A stretch of DNA of 64,000 nucleotides from Octopus bimaculoides (Eukaryota): positions 29,296,102 to 29,360,101 of the forward strand of contig NC_068989.1 in NCBI RefSeq assembly GCF_001194135.2, read 5' to 3'. The notes under the pieces are model-generated. The model did no database searches, was not told where the DNA came from, and saw only the letters and a list, made by a program, of their open reading frames with translations. Numbering within the stretch: the first letter of the stretch is position 1; each line of letters starts with the position of its first letter. Both the position numbers and the translations under genes were made by a program. Of the stretch, positions 11,668-22,950 are shown piece after piece.

Positions 11668-13579
11668 TTACATTTATATATATATGTATATCTACTACAT
11701 ATGTGGAAAATCGGTGTGTGTTTGTTTGTGGCATTGTTAGCTAACTCCTCCTACATCGTATTATTGATTTTGATGAAACTTAACACATGAGTAGAACTCA
11801 TGTCTGGAAACCTCGTGACATACTTAGATTGTTGAAAAATCGATAATACGGCCCTGGAAGGGATCTTTATATCTACCTCATATAACTTATTTATTTTAAA
11901 CACCCAAGGGAAATAACCCATAGCACCTGCACAATATTTTTCTAAACACTCAACGGAAATAATCCATAGCACCTGCATTTACAGTTATTAGTTTTTAGGG
12001 AAGTGATCAATATCTGATTTTCGCGATCAGTGGACCTAATTCTGCATTTCACTACTCACAGTTTTCAACTGCTAAATTTTATTATTGCTTTTTCTTGATG
12101 TATGTACACTTTCAATGCCCATAACTCTGATAATTCTGCATTTTTCCAGTTAAAACTTTTCGATGACACTACATAAATTTTTGATTCCAGAATGTATTTA
12201 ATGTGTCCCACTACAATGAACTCATACTTTGAATACTTAAAATTCTTCAAAAATGAAACCAAATTTCCACATCACATTCAGTTGGAACACCCTTATACTT
12301 ATTTTAGAAATCGTAATATTTATTGCTTATTTACAGTTCATACAACATTTTCATGAAAATAATTGAGCCATCGAAATTTAGAAATATTTTAAAGGTTTCA
12401 TTGTTTATGTTCGATTACTTTGAATATTGATTTTTTTGGTGTCCAATTTCTAATTTTTGCAGACAATATAACTTTTATACTTTATTTGACATGTGAGTAA
12501 AACTCATGTCTGGAAACCTCATGACATACTTAGATTGTTGAAAGAAATTGATAATAGGGCCCCTCCAATGGATCCTTCTATCTACTACATATTACTAATA
12601 TTTTATTTAAACAACCCAAGGGAAATAACCCATATCACCTACAGTTTTTAGCGAAGCATTCAATATTTGATTCTCACGATCAGCCAACCTAATTCTGCAT
12701 TTCACTACTCACTTTTGAACTGCTAAACATTATTATTGCACTTCCTTGATTTGAATCTGAAACCTTAAAGACTTCATTTGTACATTTCTATACATACATA
12801 CTTTTTTGAATGCCCATTACTCTGATAATTTCACATTTTTACAGTTAAACTTTTTCCATGACAGTTGATAATTTTTTTTCCACAACGTATTTGTAGTGGC
12901 TTCATGCAGGTGTGGCGTGGATTCGATCCTCAATTGCCAAATTTCACTTAACGCTTCAACAGTGCTTTTCTCAGGGTAAAACAATAGCTTTTCTGTGAAT
13001 GACAGCAGTTATACATTTCCCAGATGCCATCGCTAAGCAGAATAATGTCTATGCCACTTGACCCTTCAAACCTCTTCTAGGTCACCAGGGGCTGGAATGG
13101 AGATAACAGACCTCCAACGAAATCATTTGTTCTCAACAATATGTCTATCCTTCTGGCTGCTTTTTGATAGTTATAAAAACCAGAACTCCATGAGCTAAAG
13201 GCAGTTACTGAGAGCGACCATCATTGACTGTGAACGTTATTGCACTTTCTTCATTTCATTCTTAACCATTAGACATTTCATTCATATATTTATGTACATA
13301 TACACTATATTTATATATTACCTTTAATAAATTAGCCTTCATAAAGTTCACCTTTAAAATGCCATGACGAGTCAGAGTACTTTCTTGCCAGTCTCCGAAA
13401 ACCTCTCACCAACCTCCAACAATCTCTCCCTCCTCCAGCTGACAGTTTTTTTGTACTTTTTCACAACAGATAATACACCTTTTGTGGCAGTTATAACAAA
13501 ATTGCTTTCTTATATCAGAGTAATAAGGCGTTTCAATAGAACATCTTTACCCCTGGGAATTACTGGGTACACCAGCTAG
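11335..13579 (+). mobile_element. Non-autonomous Helitron with an internal ~700-bp tandem duplication
   Basis: 5' end A|TCTATATAAAGATGAGAATGTCTGTCTGTGTG; 3' end ACCCCTGGGAATTACTGGGT hairpin then ACACCAG-CTAG|T. 11785-12230 is repeated at 12490-12900 (aactcatgtctggaaacctc.tgacatacttagattgttgaaa...). Confidence 0.8.
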
Positions 13580-14237
13580 TATATATTTTTTTCATTTTTT
13601 CATTTTATCTAGTTTCAGCTCATGAGCTGTGGCCATGCTGGGGCACCGCCATTTAAATATATATATATATATATATTAGAAAAAATAAGGTACTCAGATG
13701 TCTGGATGGTTGTACATTTACAGATTTTTATTCATGTCACATGTTTTATAAATTAGCTCTTTCACCTAGTCTTGTAGGGTTTTCAAATTTTGATTTCACT
13801 TTCAGAGGATGTCTCTTTTTATAGTATTATTGAATGTGTAGGGGTGGAGGGAGATATATATATAGGATAGTAAAAGAGGGTGGGGAATGGATGGAAAGGT
13901 GAGAGAGAGTGTATGTATATATATGTATGTATATGTGTGTGTGTATGTATATAGCCATGACTAATGAAATATCACTATTTCTGTAATTTTTTAATTATTT
14001 ATATTTCACCAAGTTTTCATCCTTTTCACATACTTCACTATCTTTGTATATTCATCACAATATTTCATTATTCTTAACCGTTATTCAACTTTGGAACAAC
14101 AGAGCATAAAAACGGCAAGAAACCCAGATAGTGGGACATTTTTGTGCCAACTAGAATTGAACCCAGTTACCTAGGTACTTAGAAATAACTTATCTTTTCG
14201 ATCAACAACTCTCCCACTCTCAGTCTATCACCATTAA

Positions 14238-14455
14238 TCCTTTAGCATTTAAACCAGCCTTATCTGGCCTACATATTCTACCAGTTTTGTGTTTAAATTG
14301 GCTAGATCCAGCCTCTTGCACCTATCGTACAATGTAATTCTAAAAATAAACAATCACACCATTGAAGTTCCAAAACTGAGATAATGCATGATTAATTCAA
14401 AACAGTATGAATACATATGCATTGCATTTGGTAGATTAATCTGAACACTAAAGGT
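14238..14455. mobile_element. piggyBac-like MITE with TTAA target-site duplication
   Basis: TTAA|tcctttagcattta ... tgaacactaaaggt|TTAA; degenerate CCCTTTAG terminal inverted repeats. Confidence 0.75.
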
Positions 14456-14969
14456 TTAATCTCTCTCTATATATATATATTTACCACACTCTTTATCACT
14501 CACACTCTCTTTGTATTAACTTTTACACATTGCTTTCATTTTGTTTCAAATCTTTTCTTTTATGTTTACTTTAATTTTATGACTGCTGTTATGCACAAAT
14601 TATGTTTTCTGATTGGGGGAAAAAATGATCAAACTTTAAACCCATGTAACATTTCTCTGAAATTTTTCTGGAATCCCAAACTCAGATTCAGCAAGAGTAC
14701 ATCAATATACCAAATTAAAAAAGTTTTCACTTAATTTTAAAATTTCAGAATCTGTGACATTTCACTTTGCTCATGGTAAACTTTTCCCCTCTGTATACAT
14801 TTTTACCACACTCTCTCTAAAAGAATTTTGCTCATGCTTAGTGTGTGTGTGTGTTTGTCATTAAGGTGATAGAGTGATTTTAAAAAAGTATATAAAAGAT
14901 AATTTATTTTAATAGCATACTTTTCAGTTAGTAAATGTTTTTTCTTACATCCACACACATGATAAAAAA

Positions 14970-16100
14970 AGAAATTTCCAAATTTTGTTACAGAACTTAG
15001 GCTTTCCCAAATACCCAGGAGGCTCTCTTGAGATAGTAGATAGTTTCTGCTACTTAGGTGACCAAATTAGCAATGGTGGTCAATGCTCTGAAAGTATTGT
15101 TTCTAGAGTAAGAATAGGATGGAGGAAGTTCAGAGAATTACTACCTATGTTGGCAACAAAAGGACTCACTCTCAAGGTGAAAGGTAGATTGTATGATGCT
15201 TGTGTACATATGGTTATACTACATGGTAGTGAGACATAGGCTCTGAATGCAGAGGATATGCATAGACTTGAGATGAATGAAGGTAGTATGCTCCGTTGGA
15301 TGTGCAACATCAGTGTGCATGAACAATAAAGCACAACTGTCTTGAGAGTAAAGCTGGGTATAAGAGGAATAAAGCCTGGCCTGCAAGAGAGAATACTACA
15401 TTGGTTTGGACATGTGATGTGTATGAATGAAGACAGCTGTATAAAGAAGTGCTGGTTATTGAAAGTGGATTGTATTTGTGGGAGGGGGAGACCCAGGAAA
15501 ACATGGGATGAAGTGGTGAAGATCAATGTCAGGATGTTATAATGGACAGAGATGTCTGGTGATGTGTGGTTCTAGAGAAGACTCGACCATGTCAGTGAAA
15601 CTGAGTGCTAGAAGTTTCGTGTCCCACTGTATTACTGCTTTCTCAACCCACACTTTATACTCAGGTTCTCACCAGTCACTGCAACCCCCACTCCCACTCT
15701 CTACTTATACTGTCTTGGCAATACCTGGCCACATATATTATGACATCTGTACCTTGAGGGTATACCCTGGCACTTGCCATATTTATCTTTTGTCCCATAT
15801 TTATCTCCCTCTTCCTTACTCTACCATCCCATCTATGCTCTGATCCCTGTTCCTTGTGAGGCACTTCACCACCATCTCTCTCTTGTTCTCTCTTGTTGTC
15901 TCTCTCCCTCTCTCCTCCCTCTGGCTGGGTAATCATGTATGTCTTCTACAGCAGCATACCCATTTCTTCCTTTTTCTCTTTCTCTCCTTGCTCTTCCCTG
16001 TGGTTAGGTAACCATGTATCTCCTTTACAGCAGCACACCTGTTTCTGCCCTCTTTCTTGTTACCCCCCCCCCTCTCTCCTTCATTCCCTCTTCCTGAAAT
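14970..16100 (+). mobile_element. RTE LINE 3' fragment (different 3'UTR subfamily)
   Basis: LEIVDSFCYLGDQIS..RIGWRKFRELLPMLATKGLTLKVKGRLYDACV..LHGSET..WFGHVMCMNEDSCIKK..GRGRPRKTWDEVV, followed by a pyrimidine-rich UTR. Confidence 0.88.
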
Positions 16101-16260
16101 ATCTCTAATGATATATTTACAGAGGATTGTTATTATTGTTCTTTTTTCTTCACTGTAAGCAGTTTTACTTTCTCTTTTTTCTTCTCTCTCTTAAGCAAGG
16201 TGCCGTGTATAGAGAGTGCTGCAAATTTAGTGTATACATTTTTAATTTACCCATCCTGAA

Positions 16261-17292
16261 ATGACAAAGTTCATAGTATCGGCCAAAAACAAAAGCAAAG
16301 TAGTTGAAAGTTATTGCATCTATGATTTCCATTCAAGCAATACAAAACTAGGAAAAGTATATTGACGATGTGAGAAAAGAAGGCTGTGTTCAGTGTGAAT
16401 TCACACAGTAATGGAAAACAATGAGCCGAAAATTCTTAATTTTTCTAATGAGCACCTTCATCCAGCTGATGTAGATTCGTTAAATGCTAGAAAAACAGTT
16501 GCAGGAATAAAGCATGAAGTAGTGAAAAACATAGCAGCAAGTTTGTGTAGCATAATAGCGGTTAAGTTTATGCAGCTAACAGAAAATACTTGCTCTCAAC
16601 TTCCTCGTTTGCCTGTACTTTCAAGGACTATTCAAAGGTGCTGACAAAAAAATTCTGAATTTCCCGCTAATCCAGGGGCTAGAACTGTTTTGATATACCT
16701 AAAGAATATTGTAAACTTGATAATGGTGAACAGTTTATGAGATATGATTTGGGTATCGAGGATCACCAGCGCATAGTAGTATTAACATCAGAAAGTGCTC
16801 TTCAGGATATAACATCAAATCGTCATTGGGCATGTGATGGAATTTTCAAAATTGTGCCAGAACAGTGGTTTTTAACTGTTTAGCATTTATGTACAAGTTA
16901 AAGGTAGCAGTTTTCCATGGGTCTTTGCATTACTGCCGAATAAAACAAAGCAGTCGTATGGATTATTTTTCGAGCAATTGAAAATTATGCAACCTAATGC
17001 AAATCCACTTGATCTCATGGCAGATTTCGAAGTTACAGTTCACATGGCATTCCTGAATTCATCTACCATGGCATGTTTGTTTCATTTGAGCCTATCAGTA
17101 TTTCAAAAAATTACAGATTTAGGCCTCAAAAAAAAAAAATGCAATAAAGACTCTGAATTCTGGAATGTTAATCAGCGTATTCTGCAAAATCTTCCCAGAA
17201 CAAATAATGCTGTGGAATGGTTTCATTCAGCGATAAGGCATTCAGTGGGTGGAGCACATTTGAATATTTGGAAATTAATCAAAACTCTATAG
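16261..17292 (+). mobile_element. Mutator-like (MULE) transposase pseudogene with FLYWCH-type N-terminus
   Basis: MTKFIVS..KVY*RCEKRRLC..NEHLHPAD..; HWACDGIFKIVPEQW..LLPNKTKQSY..MADFEV..ACLFHL..RTNNAVEWFH. Contains stops and frameshifts; TIRs not found. Confidence 0.87.
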
Positions 17293-17294
17293 CA

Positions 17295-17720
17295 AGACAT
17301 CTGTTTCTGCCTCTCTGTTTAGCTGTCACATTCCAACCTTTCATTGTCTGACAAGATCACCTCCTCTAATGCCTCCCCCCCCGTCTCTAAATTCCTTGTC
17401 TTGCAAGTTACTTGGTGACCCTGTCATTGCTGGTGTCATGTAAAAAGCATTCAGTTCACACTGTGAAGTGGTTGGCATTTGGAAGAACATCCAGCTGTAA
17501 AAAAACATACCGAAACTGACTTCGCCTGTGTTGGTGTCACATAAAAAGCACTCGGTCCACTCTGTAGGGTGGTTGGTGTTAGGAAGGGTATCCAGTTGTA
17601 AAATACTATACCAAAACAGATACAGTTGCTTGGTTTAGTCTTCTAACTGCTGGCTCCTGTCAAACTGTCCAACTCATGCCAGCATGGAAGGCGGATATTA
17701 AATGATGATGATAATGATAT
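17295..17720 (+). mobile_element. RTE 3'UTR copy truncating the MULE
   Basis: Repeated gtgtcac.taaaaagca units, gtggttggtgttaggaagggtatccagttgtaaaa, and a gatgatgat tail. Confidence 0.82.
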
Positions 17721-18763
17721 GATGGAATGATAGATGCTAATAGTTGTCTAGTGATCTAATGTAAATCATAGGCAGCAGATCATGTCCGACAATGACTCAA
17801 TGATTCAATTTCTTAATGATTATTTTCCACCAGCTTGTGAAATAATTTTATTTATAATGATGGAGCTGTTGCATAACATTTCTTTACTCTTCTCTAAGGC
17901 TTAACTGCCAGGCTAAGATAGAAGACAGAGTCCCTGCAAAAGATAAAGGATTCGGGGTAATAAAAGATGTAGCTGCTGAAAGAAAAAAGAAATAAGATAA
18001 GATAAAATTAAAAAAACACAATGGAAATGGTGAAGTATAAAGAAAATAATGTTAAATAATTAAAATGATTATTTATCATTTCTACAGCTACAGAAATTGT
18101 GTGAGACAATAAATCAAAATAAAAGTGATCTAAATAAAGGTGTTCATTATTTGTTTAATGTCCATTTTTTCTTGCTAGTATGGCTTGGATGGGAATTGAT
18201 TTTGAGGCAAGATTTTACAGCTAAATGCTCTTCTTGTTGCCTACACTCACCTGTTTTTCAAGTAAGAGATTTTCATATTCAACAGGTCTTCACAAGCGCA
18301 GACCAAGCAGTCATAATGTCAACTAGGAATATCAGCATCAACACCACTTCACTCAAATGTGAAATCTCAACATTCATGCACATTTACAAACATACAATCA
18401 CAGATATGTACACACATTTACGCCCCCCTCCCCCCAAGATGGGCTTAGTATGTTTTCTGTCTGTCAAATTCTCTCACAAAGCAATGGTGAACCCAAGACA
18501 ATACTAAAAGACTTTAGCTCTAGGTGTAATGCAGAGAGATTGAACATGTGGTTATAAAGGGAATTCCTTAACCACACAACCATGACTGTCAAGGGATACA
18601 TTTTGTTCTTTCAACAGATATCTAAATGAAAATGTTTTCTTTAAATCTTTGAATTTTATAAAAACATTTAAATAAATTAAAATTAAAATTTGTTTCTTGT
18701 ATTCAGACAAAATATTTCCTGCTTTTTTTTAATGTCTAAATGTTGAAATGTATGAGACCATTT

Positions 18764-18861
18764 GCTTAATTTCTCTCATTCCTGTTTGTTTCAGGTAAGT
18801 TCGAATAATTGTTCGCCTGAAAATTATATTCAGTTCAATTTTTATGAAATATTCGGTAAGT
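18764..18861 (+). promoter_or_regulatory. Candidate recursive splice site (ratchet point) with 61-nt cryptic exon
   Basis: Branch-like CTTAAT, tract ttctctcattcctgtttgttt, CAG(18792-18794)|GTAAGT(18795-18800), exon 18795-18855, second donor CG|GTAAGT (18856-18861). Confidence 0.62.
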
Positions 18862-18999
18862 AATTAGTTTATTAAGATTAGAAAGCTTAATGAATTTTGT
18901 AGCTGTAAAAATGATAAAAATAATCACTGTGGCACTAGCAGCTGCAACAGCAGTAGTAGCTGCACATCTTCTCATAAAACAGGCATTGAAAAAACCCCT

Positions 19000-20950
19000 T
19001 AGGTAATTGAAAGGCCAGCATTGGAAGAAGTATAAAAGGAATAAAGTGGAGTCCAGATCTAATATCACTTCTCAAAGAGAAGAGAGGAAATATCACTTAA
19101 GCATATCTCCAAAAGGCTCCAATTGCAGCAGTATTCCATACCAGGGCAAACTACTGCAAGAAAGTCCCAAAACAATAACAAACAGCTTATCAAAAATAGG
19201 TACAGAAATGACAAAATCAGCAACCACACTAACAACAGGGAGCACAAACAACAAAATTACCAAATGAAACTAGAAAACATCCAGGATCATGCTACCTACT
19301 AGAAGTGCCTCTGGAGGAAAACATGAGATTATCTGACATGACATGGGGAGTGTGATTGACATTATTGGCTTCAAATATGGAAGGCAGGAGGTCCAAATGC
19401 TTTAGCTGTAAGAACATGAACCACTTAAGGATTTTCTGCCATCAGGTGAAGGAGAAGAATAAATGCACACCCCACTTATTGCCAGCTTCTGTAAACTGAA
19501 AGTGGAAGCAATGATGGTAACAACAACAACAACAAATGTAATAATGATTTGAGTTCATCAGTGACAGTCACACTAGTGTTCACCTCTGATCAAAAAGATA
19601 TCAATGACTACCCCACCCCAGTGACTACAATACAAAAATATACAAACACAAACCATGCATCTCAACACAGAAATATGCATGAACGTACTGTAGCCCTTCT
19701 TCATCACTGACTTCTGTCTCTTTGATACTCCATCAAATAATTATCAAATGAACTGTATGGTAAACAACATGATGGCAAGGCAAAGAAGAGGGAGAGGAAA
19801 ACAGTTGTGCAATATTAATGGCCAGAAGGTTTGATGACACAAACCACCAACCATTCACTTACCACCACCATCAGAAACAACAATAACAAAACCCACAGTC
19901 ATAGAAATATAGTTAATCACAGGAAAGCTCATAAAAATTACAACCACTGTGAAACCAACAAAAGAAAGAGGAACACAACAACAAAAATAACAATTGGGAA
20001 GCACACAAAACACAAACCACCACCACAGTGAAATCATCAAAAGAAACCACAACTGCAAAAGCAACACTAACAGCCAATACACAACAACCCCTCTTCCACA
20101 ATTTCACTGCTTTGAAAAAGCGACACGAAAGAGCTGGAATTCATAAAACAACTCACTGATAAAACACAAATAAAAGATGAAAGATTTCCTGTACACAGTT
20201 GTGTTTCTTTTTAACAAACAATGAGATATATGCATCTTGATCAGCCCAGTTTGGGCAGAGTGATGTTTTGGAAAGATCTGGATCTTTAGGTGGAGACAAT
20301 CTTCTTGGTAAATTGGTCCTGCATGTAATCATCAGTGAAGGTGGGCCCTTCAGACTAGTAGCGATTTTCCTCCAAATGAAGTAAGGAGTCTTAGACTTAT
20401 TAAGGCATCAAGCATCATTTTTGAAAACATCATGGTCAGTAGTGCTAGTGAGTGACTGAAATAGCATTCATTATAGATGAATGCTGAAATTGTACAGAAA
20501 TACTTATAAGCGGGAGTTTAAAAACCTAAATTTGCTAAGTTAGTTTCAACTGTCTGATAGGAACCATCATTTGAATTTGGACAGATTGCACCAGTTCATC
20601 TAAATCATCTTGTTAGAGTATTAAATCATTCAGCAGACATAGCATATGGTGTCTACACTTTTCACTTGTTAAGTACATGAACACAAGTCTGTGATGTGTC
20701 CAGTGAATTAATGGACACTCTGGTTACTGGAAGCTGGATGCATTGCTCTAGGTTTGGAAAGCTACAACAATTAAATTACCAAATTAATTAAGCCAAAGAT
20801 GATGGGAAGATGATCATCAAAAACTGGTGGAAGGTTTCTCTGAAGAGAACCAATGTAGATTAGTGCAGGGACTACTTAGCAGAGTAGAAATGGCAGTTAG
20901 AAAAGATATTGTGATGGACAACTAGTGATGAAGATGATGCTTGAACATTT
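19000..20950 (+). mobile_element. Degraded L1/Tx1-like LINE (ORF1 zinc knuckle and ORF2 APE)
   Basis: EGRRSKCFSCKNMNHLRDF (decayed CCHC knuckle) at ~19378-19440, then a Thr/Lys/Asn-rich stretch, then GKLVLHVIISEGGPFRLVAIF (~20308-20370) and GHSGYWKLDALL (~20713-20748). Confidence 0.72.
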
Positions 20951-21110
20951 CTAGCCTTGTAGTTTGGGTCTACATTCTGAATTTAAATTTTACTGAGATT
21001 AACTTCTTTTCATCCTGTCTAGATTGATGTAATTGATTTGCCCTCTCCCTTCAGAACTGCTGGCCTATGCCCAAACTAGTGAGAATCATTATTTATTATT
21101 ATTATTATTA

Positions 21111-21322
21111 AGGCGGTGAGCTGGCAGAATTGTTAGTATGCCGGATGGAATGCTTAGTAGCATTTTGTCTGACTTTACATTCTGAGTTCAAGTTCTGCCA
21201 AGATTGACTTTGCCTTTCATCCTTTTGGAGTTGATAAAATAAGTAGCAGTTGAACACTGGGGTCGATGTAATTGACTCATCCCCTCCCCAAAATTGCTGC
21301 CCTTGTGGAAAAATTTGAAACC
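21111..21322 (+). mobile_element. tRNA-type SINE family A within (ATT)n
   Basis: AGGCGGTGAGCTGGCAGAATTGTTAG (A-box-like), GAGTTCAAGTTC (B-box-like), ATT repeats on both sides. A more decayed copy lies at ~20945-21090. Confidence 0.9.
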
Positions 21323-21339
21323 ATTATTATTATTATTAT

Positions 21340-22033
21340 TTTACTTCTCAGAGCTCTCTGTCTTGCTTGCTCTGGTTGATTCTGTGAGAGTGGACAGCAA
21401 CCTGTTGTCAGAGGTCTCACAGGAACTCTTTCTGCAAATTATAAGTTTTGGTACTTGGATAATCATGGAAGACACTCAACACCTAAGCACCAATCTCAAA
21501 ATCCTAGCTGTCCCCAACAGCAGTTTTTTGAGCCTGTTCTGTCTTCATATCAATTCCAATTTCTCTGACATATTTCTTGAACCTGATTCTTAGTGCTCCA
21601 AGTGCTCCTATAACTACTGGGATAACAGTTACTCCCCTCATTGCCCACATTCTTGCAATTTCGTCTCTTAGTAGTCTTTATTTCTCCATCTTTTCCAGCT
21701 CTTTGTCATCTACACATTCATCCCCAGGTATGGCAATATCTATGATCTTGGTTTCCTTTTTTTCTTTTATCTACCACAACAGTGTCTGGTCTCCAAGCAT
21801 TGATTAAGGAGTCACTTTGGATTGTAAAATCCCACTGTATCTTATATTCAATGTTCTCAGTGATGCCCTCTGGTCATGTTTGTACCATTTCTGTGCTCTG
21901 CCCAGACTGTACTTTTCACACAGTGAACAGACTTAGCCATGTTATCGTACTTCTTTTTATAGTGCTTTTGGGCCAACTTGCTACACTTACTCACAATATG
22001 TGAGAGTGTTTTGTTTTTGCTGCCACACATCCT
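21340..22033 (-). mobile_element. R4/Dong-like LINE, 5'-truncated 3' end
   Basis: The minus strand gives HIVSKCSKLAQKHYKKKYDNMAK..WDFTIQSD..IDIAIPGDE..EKMEKY..TARILRLVL, with a (TAA)n tail at 21322-21339 and TAA repeats at the 5' junction. Confidence 0.88.
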
Positions 22034-22057
22034 GTTATTATTATTGTTGTTGTTATT

Positions 22058-22258
22058 AAGGCTAGCAGCACACCAGGCAAAATGCTTAGCAGCATTTCGT
22101 TCATCTTTATGCTATGAGTTTAAATTCTGTTGAGATCAACTTTGCCTTTCGTCCTTTTAGGGGCCAATAAAATAAGTACTAGTTGTGCAGTGGAGTTGAT
22201 GTAATCAACTTAATCCCTACCCAAAACTTGCTGGCCTTTTGCCAAAATTTGAAACCGT
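22058..22258 (+). mobile_element. SINE family A
   Basis: Same body as the 21111 copy; further partial copies at 22465-22565 and 22610-22790. Confidence 0.85.
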
Positions 22259-22335
22259 TATTATCAGCATTATTATGATCTGATTTTTTTTCTGATTTCT
22301 GTTGCTGTTCCTTCCTAAAAGATCCAGGATCCAGT

Positions 22336-22381
22336 CTCCTCCTCCTCCTCCTCCTCCTCCTCCTCCTCCTCCTCCTCCTCC

Positions 22382-22420
<39 letters not shown>

Positions 22421-22456
22421 CCATCACCACCACCACCACCACCACCACCACCACCA
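22336..22456. repeat. Compound trinucleotide microsatellite (CTC)n(ATC)n(ACC)n
   Basis: Direct reading of the sequence. Confidence 0.97.
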
Positions 22457-22792
22457 TTTTTGTTAAAGGTGGTTAGCTGGCTGAACCATTACCACGCTGA
22501 GCAAAATGCTTGGCAGTATTTCACCTGTCTTTATGTTCTAAATTCAAATTCTGCTGAGGTTGACTACTACCATCATCATCATCATCATCATCATCATCAC
22601 ATGGGATAAAATGCACTGTGGCTATATCTTTGGGCTCTTTATGTTCTGAATTCAAATCCTGCAGATACCAACCTTGCCGTCCTTCGGTTACTAAAATAAA
22701 ATACCTGGCTAATCACTGGAGTTGACGATACTGACTAAACTCTACCATGAAAATTTGATGGTCTTGTGCTTAAATCATAAAACATTATATTT

Positions 22793-22950
22793 AATGCTTA
22801 GCGGCATTTCGTTCATCTTTATGCTATGAGTTTAAATTCTGTTGAGATCAACTTTGCCTTTCATTCTTTTGGAGGTCAATAAAATAAGTACTAGTTGTGC
22901 AGTGGGGTTGATGTAATCGACTTAATCCCTACCCAAAACTTGCTGGCCTT
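22793..22950 (+). mobile_element. SINE family A, near-duplicate of 22081-22238
   Basis: 8 mismatches in 158 aligned bases by eye. Confidence 0.85.

Noticed and set aside
21111-21200. tRNA-like A/B boxes here and at 59729-59800
   Set aside because: These are SINE heads present in many diverged copies with no cloverleaf, not tRNA genes.
22179-22457. ORF encoding poly-V/M/R
   Set aside because: Translation of the compound microsatellite.
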